A DNA stretch of 64,000 nucleotides from Ferruginibacter sp. (lineage in GTDB: Bacteria; Bacteroidota; Bacteroidia; Chitinophagales; Chitinophagaceae). Under the pieces are notes generated by a model. The model was not told the DNA's origin. It searched no databases and worked only from the letters and a program-made list of their open reading frames with translations. Made by a program: the position numbers and the translations under genes. The stretch spans positions 23,575-87,574 of the forward strand of contig JAOQAK010000060.1 of assembly GCA_025963635.1 (NCBI GenBank). Direction: 5' to 3'. Shown here piece after piece: positions 1 through 10,095 of this stretch. Positions within the stretch are counted from its first letter, which is position 1. Each line of letters begins with the position of its first letter.

Positions 1-574
1 TCACTGTTGCATGGATATCTTCATTGTAGGTGATCTGTTTTCCAATGATGTCCGCAGCCGGAACTGAAGGAAAGTATTGACGGGCCCTGCTTTCAGTAAG
101 CACTACAGAAAAGGGATCTTTCAATGAAGCTGCGGGAGAACCAACTACCCATTTATAGGGCAGCATATAAAAATAGTGCTGGTTGGCGAAAACAATATTG
201 GGTTGTTTTTTATAGATTGTCAGGTTATCCGCCTTCGCAGCAGCGATGCTAACCTTTGCAGTACCATCACCCTGGAACTTGAATACCGGCACCGTATGTT
301 CAACCCCTGTTACTTCATTTTCTATCGCAGCTCCTAAGGGTGCAGGCACGGCTGCGCTATGCCCTTCGGTGCCGGAAAATTTTGCATCCAGCACTACCCG
401 GTAAATCCTGTCACCATCGGGTTCAAATTTATCATAACTGAATTCATAATAAACTATCATGAAGATCACCAACGCGGCACTGATCCCAATGGAAAGGCCA
501 AGCACATTAATGACCGAGAATGTTTTATTGCGCCAGAAATTTCTGAGGGCAACGGTGAGATGATTTTTGAACAT
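1..574 (-). CDS. ABC transporter permease (MacB/FtsX-like, Bacteroidetes ~800-aa type), 5' part; runs off the window
   Basis: Manual translation from ATG at 574 gives MFKNHLTVALRNFWRNKTFSVINVLGLSIGISAALVIFMIVYYEFSYDKF..DRIYRV, the same N-terminus as the three neighbouring permeases. It is absent from the ORF track because it is truncated. Confidence 0.9.
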   Translation of the reverse strand, partial: MFKNHLTVALRNFWRNKTFSVINVLGLSIGISAALVIFMIVYYEFSYDKFEPDGDRIYRVVLDAKFSGTEGHSAAVPAPLGAAIENEVTGVEHTVPVFKFQGDGTAKVSIAAAKADNLTIYKKQPNIVFANQHYFYMLPYKWVVGSPAASLKDPFSVVLTESRARQYFPSVPAADIIGKQITYNEDIHATV

Positions 575-580
575 GGCGGT

Positions 581-712
581 GATGGTTGATGAAGGTTGAA
601 GGTTGATGGTTAAAGGTTAAAGCTTGATCTTTGATCTTTGATGGTTGAAATGCCATCTTAGATGCACTAATTCTTATTCTCAATTTAATTTTCAATTCTT
701 AATTTTTAATTT
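581..712. repeat. Degenerate 7-bp tandem repeats (GGTTGAW, then TTTTAAT) filling the intergenic space
   Basis: gatggttgatgaaggttgaaggttgatggttaaaggttaa at 581-620 and aattttcaattcttaatttttaattt at 687-712. Confidence 0.8.
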
Positions 713-717
713 CCTCA

Positions 718-3114
718 TTACTCCGTTCGAAGGCTTTTCACCGGGTTGGCGATAGCAGCTTTAATGGCCTGGAAACTTACCGTTATGAATGCTATCCCTA
801 CTGCCACTGCGCCTGCCAGGGCAAAAGGCTTCCAATCAATATTGATGTGGTAAGCGAAGTTTTGCAGCCACTTGCTCATGGCAAGCCACGCAACCGGTAA
901 AGCAATGCATGCTGCTACCAATACAAGTTTCAAAAAATCTGCGGAGAGCATGCTAACAATTCCCATGATACTTGCGCCCAATACTTTGCGGATACCTATT
1001 TCTTTTGTTCGTTGTTGTGCGGTAAATGTGGCGAGACCAAAAAGTCCGAGGCAGGCAATCAATATTGCGAGTAAAGTAAATACCAATGCCACCTGGCCCT
1101 GTTTTTCCTCTGCGCTATACTGCTTCGCAAAATTTGCATCGAGGAAATGGTACTCTGCAGGATTCGTTTTGTCAAAGCTGCGATAAACTTTATCGATGTA
1201 GCCTAAGGCTTCTTTCACCCTTCCCCTGGCTATTTTTACATAGAGATTATCTCCCATGGAGGCTACCGGCGGCATCACCATCACTAATGGTTCTACAAGA
1301 TGTTGCAATGAATAAGTATGAAAATCTTTTACCACCCCTACCACGGTTCTTTCGCCAAAGCCGGTACTATCATCAATCGGGAATCTTAACTTTTTACCAA
1401 TGGGATTCTTCCACCCCGATTTTTTTACCAGGGTCTCATTGACCAGGGCAGATCCGTATTGATCTGATGGCATGGTGGTTGAAAAGTTTCTGCCGTTCAG
1501 GATCTTAATTTCCATTGCAGGAACATAGTCTGCATCTACCATTAACTCCTGAGCCATGGTGGTACTTGTGGAAAAATCACCGGATTCTGACTGTAACTTA
1601 TAGCCCAGTCCGCCCAGGTTGTTATTTCCAATCGGGTTGCCTGCGACGGCTACCCCTTCAATCACCGGATTTTGTAACAACTGCTCCTTCAAGGCGCTTG
1701 TGTTGTTGCGTACTTTGCGGTCATCGATATGGAATGTAAGCAGTTGATCTTTGTTAAATCCAAGGTCTTTATGCCGGGCAAATTGCAGCTGGCGATAAAC
1801 CACCAGCGAAGCGGAGATCATCACCACAGTAATTACAAACTGGAAAATCACCAGCGACCTGCGAAACAAAATATTTGCCGAAAGATTGCCCATCTGCCCC
1901 TTTAAAGCAGGAATTGTTTTGAAACGTGATAAAAATAGAGACGGGTATATACCGCTAATGATGCCTGTCAAAATAGTAAAGCCGGCCAGCAGTATCAAGG
2001 TAGTCAACTTTCCAAACTGCCATATAACCAGTTGCTTTTGCACGAGTTGATTAAATAAAGGCATGGTAATTTGCATCATTAAAATACCGATGCATGCAGC
2101 CAGTAAGGTCACCAGCACCGATTCTGTTATGAACATGGCCGCAAGTTGCTTTTTACCAGAGCCAACTACTTTCCGGACTCCAATCTCTTTTAACCTCATC
2201 GATGAACGGGCAGTACTTAAATTGATATAATTGATGATCGCAATGATCAATATCAGTGTGGCAATGGCTATGAACAAATAAACACGGTTCATACTACCAT
2301 TTGGACTGATTTCAAACCGGAGATCAGAATGCAGGTGAATAGAAGTTAATGGCTGCAACTCCATTTTGTAGTCATCCACTTTCATTAATTTTTGGATGCT
2401 GTTGGCGGCAAAATTTGGTAGTTTGGCTTCAAGGCTTTTAATAGTAGTTCCTTTTTTGAGCAACAGGTAAGTATACACATCAAAATTTTGCCAGGCTCCG
2501 CTATATCCCTGCGGAAGGGACCGAAGTGCAGAAAACCGGAAGTGAGCATTTTGCGGGATATTTTTTATAACACCGGTTGTTCTATTGGGATAGTTGTTCT
2601 CAAAATAAATGGTTTCATTAAGTGCCTTTTGCGGATCACCAAATAACTTAACAGCAAGGCTTTCAGTAATGACCATCGACTGGGGTGCAGTTAGTGCAGT
2701 AGTTGCATCGCCGTACAAAAAAGGAAAAGTGAATACCTGGAAAATATTGCTATCTGTAAAAAAGATATCGTCTGTTGTAAGGCGTTTATCCTTGTAATTG
2801 ATTATACCACCACCTTCCGTGAGTATCCTGGTAGCCTCCTGCACTTCGGGGAATGCTGCTTTCATTGCAGGCGCAAATGGCGCAGAAGTGGGTGCTTCGT
2901 GCATATCATTTTCACCCCAGCGGGCATGTTGTATCACGCGGACAATCCTATCCGCATTTACATTAAACCGATCGTAACTCAGTTCATCGGCAATATAAAG
3001 TACAATCATCCAAAACGCGGCCAGTCCAAATGCCAGCCCGAAGATATTGATACCAGCGTATGCCTTATGCTGTGAGAGATTGCGAATGGCTATTTTTATA
3101 TAATTTTTAAACAT
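718..3114 (-). CDS. ABC transporter permease (MacB_PCD + FtsX domains)
   Basis: 798 aa. MFKNYIKIAIRNL start, two FtsX halves with KEIGVRKVVG / KEIGIRKVLGAS, and a C-terminal ANPVKSLRTE. Confidence 0.95.
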   Translation of the reverse strand: MFKNYIKIAIRNLSQHKAYAGINIFGLAFGLAAFWMIVLYIADELSYDRFNVNADRIVRVIQHARWGENDMHEAPTSAPFAPAMKAAFPEVQEATRILTEGGGIINYKDKRLTTDDIFFTDSNIFQVFTFPFLYGDATTALTAPQSMVITESLAVKLFGDPQKALNETIYFENNYPNRTTGVIKNIPQNAHFRFSALRSLPQGYSGAWQNFDVYTYLLLKKGTTIKSLEAKLPNFAANSIQKLMKVDDYKMELQPLTSIHLHSDLRFEISPNGSMNRVYLFIAIATLILIIAIINYINLSTARSSMRLKEIGVRKVVGSGKKQLAAMFITESVLVTLLAACIGILMMQITMPLFNQLVQKQLVIWQFGKLTTLILLAGFTILTGIISGIYPSLFLSRFKTIPALKGQMGNLSANILFRRSLVIFQFVITVVMISASLVVYRQLQFARHKDLGFNKDQLLTFHIDDRKVRNNTSALKEQLLQNPVIEGVAVAGNPIGNNNLGGLGYKLQSESGDFSTSTTMAQELMVDADYVPAMEIKILNGRNFSTTMPSDQYGSALVNETLVKKSGWKNPIGKKLRFPIDDSTGFGERTVVGVVKDFHTYSLQHLVEPLVMVMPPVASMGDNLYVKIARGRVKEALGYIDKVYRSFDKTNPAEYHFLDANFAKQYSAEEKQGQVALVFTLLAILIACLGLFGLATFTAQQRTKEIGIRKVLGASIMGIVSMLSADFLKLVLVAACIALPVAWLAMSKWLQNFAYHINIDWKPFALAGAVAVGIAFITVSFQAIKAAIANPVKSLRTE

Positions 3115-3120
3115 ATCAGA

Positions 3121-3460
3121 AAGGTTAAAGGTTGATGGTTGATGATTGAAGGTTTATGGTGGTTGTTGATGGTTGGTCGTTGATGGTTGACGGTTGAAAC
3201 TTGTTTGCTAATAACTCTCACTTTCTACCTCTCACCTTCTACCTTTTGCCTTTTTGCCCGTTGCCAATAGCTTTAACAGCACAATAGGGCGATGCAACGA
3301 TGCTCATCTTTAATCTATCGCCTGGTCATAGTTTTTTTTTACATTTTCTTTTCTACAACTTTCAACGAATGCAATCTTTAACTTTCGAATTTTCACATTT
3401 TCGAATTTTCACATTGGCTAATTTGCACATTAGCTAATTAGCATATTAGCTAATTGAATT
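3121..3460. repeat. Intergenic composite: 7-mer arrays, a conserved ~130-bp core and 8-mer arrays (copy 1; copy 2 at 7321-7659)
   Basis: GGTTGAW array 3121-3200, CCTTCTA-type array 3215-3265, core ttgccaatagctt..gggcgatgcaa..atgctcat..taatctatcg at 3261-3320, and TTTCGAAT/CACATTAG 8-mers at 3385-3460. Confidence 0.8.
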
Positions 3461-3461
3461 T

Positions 3462-5888
3462 CTATTCTGTTCTCAAACTTTTTACGGGATTAGCAACAGC
3501 TGCTTTAATTGCCTGGAAACTTACCGTGATCAACGCGATCATTAATGCTGCAACTCCTGCAACTACAAATACCCACCAGTTAATGGTGATCCGGTAGGCG
3601 AAATCGTGCAGCCATTGCGTCATCGCCCACCAGGCCACAGGAAATGCAATCACCGCTGCGATCAACACCAGCCTGAGAAAATCTTTCGACAACATTGTTA
3701 CGATACTGCCCACACTTGCACCCAACACTTTGCGCACACCAATTTCTTTGATGCGCTGTTCGGCCGCATAAGTAGCTAACCCAAACAAACCCAGACAAGC
3801 GATGAGGATGGTAAGCATTGCCACCATTAAAAATATGGTTTCCCTAATCCTGTCTTCCCGGTAAAACAAATCCCATTGCTTATCCAGGAAATGATATTCA
3901 AACAAATGTTTTGGATCGATGCTATGCAGAATTGCATCCATTTTACTGAGTGTTTCACTCATGTTGTTTGGGGTAACTCTTACCGTAAAGTAATCGATGC
4001 TTTGGATGGGATTTTTTTGAAAACCAAGCACCATGGGGGCCAGCGGTTGGCGCAATGATTGAAAATTGAAATCTTTTACAATCCCAATCACTCTTGCTTT
4101 GTATGGAAGCGGCTCGCTGTTATCGCCTGAAGGAAATTCAACCGGTTGTTCTGACGGTTCTGTTATGCCCAACTCTTTTGCCGCGGTTTCGTTTATAATA
4201 GCCGAAAGAGAATCAGCAAGGCTGCCGCTTTGAAAGTTTCTTCCTTTGGCAAGGGTAAGCTGGTATGTTTTTAAAAACTGGTCATCCACACCGAGGAAGT
4301 ACATATCCTGGCCATTTTTCGTTTGTATGTTCTCATTCTTTACTTTCAGTTTTGGCAGGTCTTTCCATTCACCGGGCACCCTTGAACTTACGGATACATC
4401 CTGCACCTGGCTCAATTTTGCGAATTCAGTTTTGATCGTTTCCGCACCGCGGCGAACCTTGCCGCTATTGATGTCTACTACCAGCAACTGCTCTTTATTA
4501 AAACCCATGTTCTTATTGTTGATGTACTTCATCTGCATATAAATGATCATAGTGGCAACAATCATTACAATTGAAATGGCAAATTGAAATACCACCAATG
4601 AGCGCCGAAGGGAAAGATTTCCTTTACCAATATTGATCTTGCTTTTAAGTAGTGATAGCGGCTTAAATCCCGACTGAAATAATGCAGGGTAAATGCCGGA
4701 TAGCAGCCCTGCGATTACAACAATCAAAACAATTCCTAACCAGATGCGGTAATCAGTATCTAAACCCAATACCAATTGCTTTTCAGTAAAACCATTGAAT
4801 GCCGGTAATAAAATCTTCACGAGAATCAAGGAGAAAATCAATGCGAGTAAGGTTACTAAAAAAGCTTCTGAAAGAAATTGCCCTGTAAGGTTTGTGCGGG
4901 AAGCGCCGGCTACTTTTCTCACCGCAATTTCCTTTGACCTGGCGGCGAACCCGGCGGTAGTGATGTTCATATAGTTGATGCAGGCAATCAACAATACGAA
5001 TAAACCAAGGATTGAAAAAACATAGATATACGTGATATTGCCCTTCTTGCCCGAGTTGCCTTCGATGTCATCGGAGTAAAAGTGAATGTCTTGTAGAGGT
5101 TGCAGCATATAACTGCTTTTGCCTTTAACTTCCTTGCTTTGATTGGTTGCAACCAACTGGTTAATTTTTGCTGCGGTTGACTGGGCGGAAGTTTTGTCAT
5201 CTAATAATAAATAAGTTATAAAACTATCGGAAGTCCAGTCGGAATTGATAAACTTTTTAAAGCTTTCACCGGTGATGCTTGATTCTGACAAAAGAAGGTT
5301 GAAAGAGAGATGAGAATTAACGGGGAAATTTTTTAATACCGCTGTGATCTTAAATGGTGTGCTATCCCTGTCAACCATTATCATTTTGCCGATAACACTG
5401 GTAGTACTGAAAAATTTTCGCGCTGTTTCTTCGGTAACAATTAGCGAATGAGGAGCCATTAACGCCGTGTTGCGATCTCCTTCCAGCAGTTTAAAATCGA
5501 AAGCGGTTAAAAAACCAGGATTGGCAACGGTGTAATCTTCATAAAAAACATTTGTATTCTCAACATTCGACACATTTATTCTTCCAAATGTAGTGATGCG
5601 GGCTACGTCCTTTATACCCGGCAGGTCGGCTTTTGCTTTTTCAGAGACGAGCCAACCAGCGCCAGCCACCTTGGTTTCTTTTCCTTCAGCAGATGTTTTC
5701 CGGTCAACCACCCGGTAAATATTATTTCCGTTTTTATGAAAACCATCAAAGGTCAGCTCATCAAAAATATACAGCGCAATCAACAAAAAGCTTGTGAGCC
5801 CAATGGTTAATCCAATGACATTGATGGATGAAAACATTTTATGTTTCATCATGTTGCGCCAGGAGATTTTGAAATAGTTTTTTATCAT
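3462..5888 (-). CDS. ABC transporter permease (MacB_PCD + FtsX domains)
   Basis: 808 aa with the same motif set (KEIAVRKVAGAS, KEIGVRKVLGAS, ANPVKSLRTE). Confidence 0.95.
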   Translation of the reverse strand: MIKNYFKISWRNMMKHKMFSSINVIGLTIGLTSFLLIALYIFDELTFDGFHKNGNNIYRVVDRKTSAEGKETKVAGAGWLVSEKAKADLPGIKDVARITTFGRINVSNVENTNVFYEDYTVANPGFLTAFDFKLLEGDRNTALMAPHSLIVTEETARKFFSTTSVIGKMIMVDRDSTPFKITAVLKNFPVNSHLSFNLLLSESSITGESFKKFINSDWTSDSFITYLLLDDKTSAQSTAAKINQLVATNQSKEVKGKSSYMLQPLQDIHFYSDDIEGNSGKKGNITYIYVFSILGLFVLLIACINYMNITTAGFAARSKEIAVRKVAGASRTNLTGQFLSEAFLVTLLALIFSLILVKILLPAFNGFTEKQLVLGLDTDYRIWLGIVLIVVIAGLLSGIYPALFQSGFKPLSLLKSKINIGKGNLSLRRSLVVFQFAISIVMIVATMIIYMQMKYINNKNMGFNKEQLLVVDINSGKVRRGAETIKTEFAKLSQVQDVSVSSRVPGEWKDLPKLKVKNENIQTKNGQDMYFLGVDDQFLKTYQLTLAKGRNFQSGSLADSLSAIINETAAKELGITEPSEQPVEFPSGDNSEPLPYKARVIGIVKDFNFQSLRQPLAPMVLGFQKNPIQSIDYFTVRVTPNNMSETLSKMDAILHSIDPKHLFEYHFLDKQWDLFYREDRIRETIFLMVAMLTILIACLGLFGLATYAAEQRIKEIGVRKVLGASVGSIVTMLSKDFLRLVLIAAVIAFPVAWWAMTQWLHDFAYRITINWWVFVVAGVAALMIALITVSFQAIKAAVANPVKSLRTE

Positions 5889-6001
5889 TGGTTGAGACGG
5901 TTGAAGGTTGATGGTTGAAGGCTGAAGGTTGAAGGTTGAAGGTTGAAGGCGTATAGGCTGTAGTTTTTAATTTATAATTTTTAACTTTTAATTTTTAATT
6001 C
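5889..6001. repeat. 7-bp tandem repeats (GGTTGAA, then TTTTAAT)
   Basis: ggttgaaggttgatggttgaaggctgaaggttgaaggttgaaggttgaagg followed by tttttaatttataatttttaacttttaatttttaatt. Confidence 0.85.
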
Positions 6002-7309
6002 TTAATTCTTAACTCGAACTTCCTCCAGGCAATACACTGTCCCATCTGTACTGGTGATGATTAAAGAGTTCTTTGCAATTGCGGGTGATGAAAATATCGC
6101 TCCCCATTTCAGCTGTGCATTGATGTAGTCCACATTATTCCTTATAACCCTAAAAAAGTCATCGCTGAATGAATCATCCGCTTTAAAATATTTATCATGA
6201 TTTTGCTTGTAGCCATCGGTAACAAATGTCCACCGGATGGCGCCGGTTTTGCTATCAATGCCAAAAACTTTCCCCATTAGGTTGCCGGTGTAAAGCATTG
6301 TTTCGGAGAAAGCACAAGGTGAAAAAATATTAAATTTTACGTCCGTTCTCCACAGTTCCTTTCCCGTTGCAGGATTTAGGGCGGCAATTATTTTATCTTC
6401 TGATGTACCCACAAAAAGTATTGAATCTTTAATACTAGTTGCCAGTACCCAACCCTTGGGAAATTTTTGGTTCCAATGGCAGTAGCCGCCATCTGCGTTG
6501 ATGGCGTATAAATTATAATCGCGGCTGCCAATGTATACCAGTCCATTGAACACCACCGGCGCACCCTGCATTTCGCCTTTGGGAAAATATTCGTGTCCAA
6601 CAGATTTAAATTTCCACACCAATGTTCCGGTCTTGCTGTTAAGTGCATATACATTGCCATCAAAGGAGCCTGCAATAAGTTTATCCTTGTAGATTACCGG
6701 TGTGGCGTGAATGATATCGTCAGTTTTAAAACTCCAAAGCAGGTCGCCGTTGTCTGCATTCAGTGCATTGATCTTTCCGTCTCCCGATCCAAAATAAATT
6801 GTATGATTTTGTATCACCGGTGATGCATTGAAATAATCTGCAATGTCATATTTTCTCTCGCCCAGGAATACAGCGGTTTTATTGAAAACCCATTTCCACA
6901 CCTGCTTCCCGCTAACTTTATCGATCGAATAGATGGTACCATCACCGCCCACCAGGAATAGCCGGGCTCCGTCTACCAGTACATTTGAGCGTATTTCCCC
7001 GCCCGTGCGGAATTTCCAACGCGTATTGCCTGTGGAGATATCGAAGGCGTACAGAATGCTGTCCAGTCCGCCCACATACACTGTATTTTCATCAATAACC
7101 GGTGAAGCCATAATGGGCTGGCTGCTGTGAAACTTCCATTTTACAGCAGGCATATTTTTGATGTCGGGTGAAGGATCCTGGTTGATGGGAAGTTGTTTGC
7201 CCTGTGGATACGAAGCGATGCAATAAACCGGAAATAAAATTGCCAGCAGAAGCCAGCTAAATAGCACCAAGAGAATTGGCTTTGCAAAAAAAACAGATCG
7301 CTTTATCAT
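6002..7309 (-). CDS. PQQ-binding-like beta-propeller repeat protein (BamB-like repeats), secreted
   Basis: 435 aa with a hydrophobic N-terminus and repeated YAxDxxTGxxxWKF motifs (YAFDISTGNTRWKF, YALNSKTGTLVWKF). Confidence 0.9.
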   Translation of the reverse strand: MIKRSVFFAKPILLVLFSWLLLAILFPVYCIASYPQGKQLPINQDPSPDIKNMPAVKWKFHSSQPIMASPVIDENTVYVGGLDSILYAFDISTGNTRWKFRTGGEIRSNVLVDGARLFLVGGDGTIYSIDKVSGKQVWKWVFNKTAVFLGERKYDIADYFNASPVIQNHTIYFGSGDGKINALNADNGDLLWSFKTDDIIHATPVIYKDKLIAGSFDGNVYALNSKTGTLVWKFKSVGHEYFPKGEMQGAPVVFNGLVYIGSRDYNLYAINADGGYCHWNQKFPKGWVLATSIKDSILFVGTSEDKIIAALNPATGKELWRTDVKFNIFSPCAFSETMLYTGNLMGKVFGIDSKTGAIRWTFVTDGYKQNHDKYFKADDSFSDDFFRVIRNNVDYINAQLKWGAIFSSPAIAKNSLIITSTDGTVYCLEEVRVKN

Positions 7310-7320
7310 CGTGTTTTAAT

Positions 7321-7659
7321 TTGATGGTTGATAGTTGATGGTTGAAGGTTGCTCGTTGGTTATTAATGCCTCGTGTCTTTTGCCTTTTACCTTTTACCTC
7401 TTGCCTTCTACCTTCCACCTTCTACCTTTTTACCCTTTGTCCGTCTCCTGTTGCCAATAGCTTCAATAGTACAAGAGGGCGATGCAAGAATGCTCATTTG
7501 TAATCTATCGTTTGGCCCATAATTTTTTTTGCATTTTTTTCATTTTCCCTTGCCACAACTTTCAATGACTTCGGTCTTTAATTTTCGAATTTTCGCATTG
7601 TCGAATTTTCACATTCGCATATTAGCATATTAGCACATCAGCACATTAGCTAATTAAAT
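7321..7659. repeat. Intergenic composite element, copy 2 of 3121-3460
   Basis: Same order: GGTTGAW array, CCTTCTA/CCTTTTA array 7378-7440, core ttgccaatagcttcaatagtacaagagggcgatgcaagaatgctcatttgtaatctatcg at 7451-7510, and 8-mer arrays at 7583-7659. Confidence 0.8.
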
Positions 7660-10095
7660 TTATTCCGTTCTCAAACTTTTTACCGGATTCGCCATTGCTG
7701 CTTTAATTGCCTGGAAACTCACCGTAGCCAGTGCGATCAGTAATGCAATGAATCCTGCAAAGGCAAAGATCCACCAACTCATGTCTACCCGGAAAGCGAA
7801 ATCTTCCAGCCATTTGTGCATACTGTACCATGCGATGGGAAAAGCGATTAAAGCGCCCACGAAAACCAGTTTTAAGAAATCTTTCGATAACATGGAAACC
7901 ACATTTTGGATGGACGCCCCAAGCACTTTGCGTACGCCGATTTCCTTTGTCCTTTGCTCAGCCATGTAAGTAGCAAGACCGAATAATCCCAGGCAGGCGA
8001 TCAGGATAGTGAGTATGGCAAAGGCTAACGCGATTTTGCCTACCCGTTGTTCGCTCCTGTACATGTTATCAAACGCGTCATCCAAAAACTGGTAACTGAA
8101 AGGCATACCCGGTGCCATTGCCTTCCATTTATTTTCGATATTTTTCAGCAACCCCGTTACATCTGTCGCAGATACTTTAAAAGCAGTGGACCAGCTATTG
8201 TTGCCCATACGGAAACATAGCGGGCCAATGTTCTGGTGAAGTGATTCAAAATTAAAGTTCTTTACCACCCCGATGATTGTGTACGAAATACTTTTGGGCG
8301 GCATCACCCCATCGAAAGTATATAACTTTTTTCCGATCGGGTTATCATAGCCAATGATCTTTGCGGTGGTTTCATTGATGAGTATGGCGGAGGAATCGCT
8401 GCCGAATTCCCGCGAAAAATTGCGCCCCTTTACAATCTCCATTCCCAGCGTATTCAGGTAATCATAGTCAATATTCCACGTCTGCATGTTGAACCCGCTT
8501 TTGGTATCCATCACCGCCTGGGTAGAGTAGGTATTGTCGTTGCGGGCAGAATTGCTTACAGGCAGGTAACCACTGAATGAAGCGCTTTTTACGCCACTCA
8601 TTTTGGCCACTTCATTTTTGAAAGATTCCGCACTTTTGCCCAGTGCACTTGTGCCATTTAAGATCAGTACCTGGTCTTTATTGTATCCCAGCTTTTTATT
8701 TTGTATATAATCGAGTTGCCGGTAAATGATTGTTACCCCGATGATTAAAAAGATGGAAATAAAAAATTGAAAAACTACCAACCCACTGCGCAGTGTGCTT
8801 TTCTTAAACCCTGCATTTGTTCTTCCTTTTAGTACCACAATGGGTTGAAAAGAAGAAAGAAAAAATGCAGGATAACTGCCAGCAAGTGTACCTACCACGA
8901 ATGGCAGCAACAAAAGAAATGGCAATGTTTTATAACTGAAGAAGGTGGCAAATGTGAGCGTCTTGGTAGAGACAGAATTGAAGAATGGCAGAATTGCCCA
9001 GGCGATCAGCAGGGCGACTACCAGGGCAATAAAAACCATCAGTGTCGACTCGGTAAGAAACTGCCAGATCAATGCATTTTTATCGGTGCCCAATACCTTG
9101 CGGATGCCTACTTCCTTTGAACGGCTCGCTGAACGGGCGGTTGATAAATTCATAAAGTTGATGCAGGCAATCAACAATATGAATAATGCGACCGCTGAAA
9201 AAATATATACGTATTGGATGTTGCCATTGACGCCGAGTTCAGGCGTACGGTCTGACCTTAGGTGTATATCCGTGAGCGGCATCAAATGATACTCGAGGCT
9301 ATTGCCATTCTTCCTGAAATCATCCATGGTGTTGATCTGCATAAACTGCTTGGCCTGTGGCAACACATATTTATCAACCACCTGCGGGAAGTTTTTTTCA
9401 AAGGCCTTGTAATCCATGCCCTTCTTTAATAAAATATACGTTTGAAAATTATGGCTGAGGTAGTTACCGAAATCATATTCCACATTGTCCATGGAGAAAA
9501 TGAAGTCGAAATTGAAATGTGAGTTATGGGGAATATCCTTAATCACCGCCGTCACTTTGTAAAGATTGTTCCTGCTTGAGTTGGTTTCAACGGTTTTGCC
9601 CACAGCATTGGTGGTACCAAAATATTTTTTTGCAGTTGATTCGGTGATCACCACGGTATTGGGTTCATTCAAAGCATTCTTGGTGTCCCCTTCAATCGCA
9701 GGTAAAGTAAATACATTGAACAATGTAGAATCTGCGTGGGCTACCCGCTGCTCATCAATAAATTCATTCCCTTTTTTAATTAGCTTAGAGCCGCTGGAGT
9801 TATAAATACGAACATATTCCTCTACCTGTGGATAGTCTCTCTTGAGGGTGGCACCCATGGGATCGCTGCAAACGGCAAGTCTTAAATCGGTTCCTCCAAA
9901 CCTTATGTCAGAATTAACGCGGTAGATCCGGTCGGCCTTATCATTGTACCGGTCATAATTTAACTCATCAGCAACATATAGCGCAATTAATAGGAAGCTG
10001 CACAACCCAATTGCCAGGCCCGCAATGTTGATTAGGGAGAAGGTCTTATTCTTCAGTAAATTTCGCCAGGCAATCTTTAAATAGTTTTTTATCAT
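7660..10095 (-). CDS. ABC transporter permease (MacB_PCD + FtsX domains)
   Basis: 811 aa. MIKNYLKIAWRNLLKNKTFSLINIAGL, KEVGIRKVLG, KEIGVRKVLGAS, ANPVKSLRTE. Confidence 0.95.
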   Translation of the reverse strand: MIKNYLKIAWRNLLKNKTFSLINIAGLAIGLCSFLLIALYVADELNYDRYNDKADRIYRVNSDIRFGGTDLRLAVCSDPMGATLKRDYPQVEEYVRIYNSSGSKLIKKGNEFIDEQRVAHADSTLFNVFTLPAIEGDTKNALNEPNTVVITESTAKKYFGTTNAVGKTVETNSSRNNLYKVTAVIKDIPHNSHFNFDFIFSMDNVEYDFGNYLSHNFQTYILLKKGMDYKAFEKNFPQVVDKYVLPQAKQFMQINTMDDFRKNGNSLEYHLMPLTDIHLRSDRTPELGVNGNIQYVYIFSAVALFILLIACINFMNLSTARSASRSKEVGIRKVLGTDKNALIWQFLTESTLMVFIALVVALLIAWAILPFFNSVSTKTLTFATFFSYKTLPFLLLLPFVVGTLAGSYPAFFLSSFQPIVVLKGRTNAGFKKSTLRSGLVVFQFFISIFLIIGVTIIYRQLDYIQNKKLGYNKDQVLILNGTSALGKSAESFKNEVAKMSGVKSASFSGYLPVSNSARNDNTYSTQAVMDTKSGFNMQTWNIDYDYLNTLGMEIVKGRNFSREFGSDSSAILINETTAKIIGYDNPIGKKLYTFDGVMPPKSISYTIIGVVKNFNFESLHQNIGPLCFRMGNNSWSTAFKVSATDVTGLLKNIENKWKAMAPGMPFSYQFLDDAFDNMYRSEQRVGKIALAFAILTILIACLGLFGLATYMAEQRTKEIGVRKVLGASIQNVVSMLSKDFLKLVFVGALIAFPIAWYSMHKWLEDFAFRVDMSWWIFAFAGFIALLIALATVSFQAIKAAMANPVKSLRTE

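Noticed and set aside
7488-7560. Selenocysteine or stop read-through at the shared TGA in the duplicated intergenic core
   Set aside because: Copy 1 has an additional TAA and a frameshift upstream, and no SECIS-like hairpin is evident. Decay is the simpler explanation.
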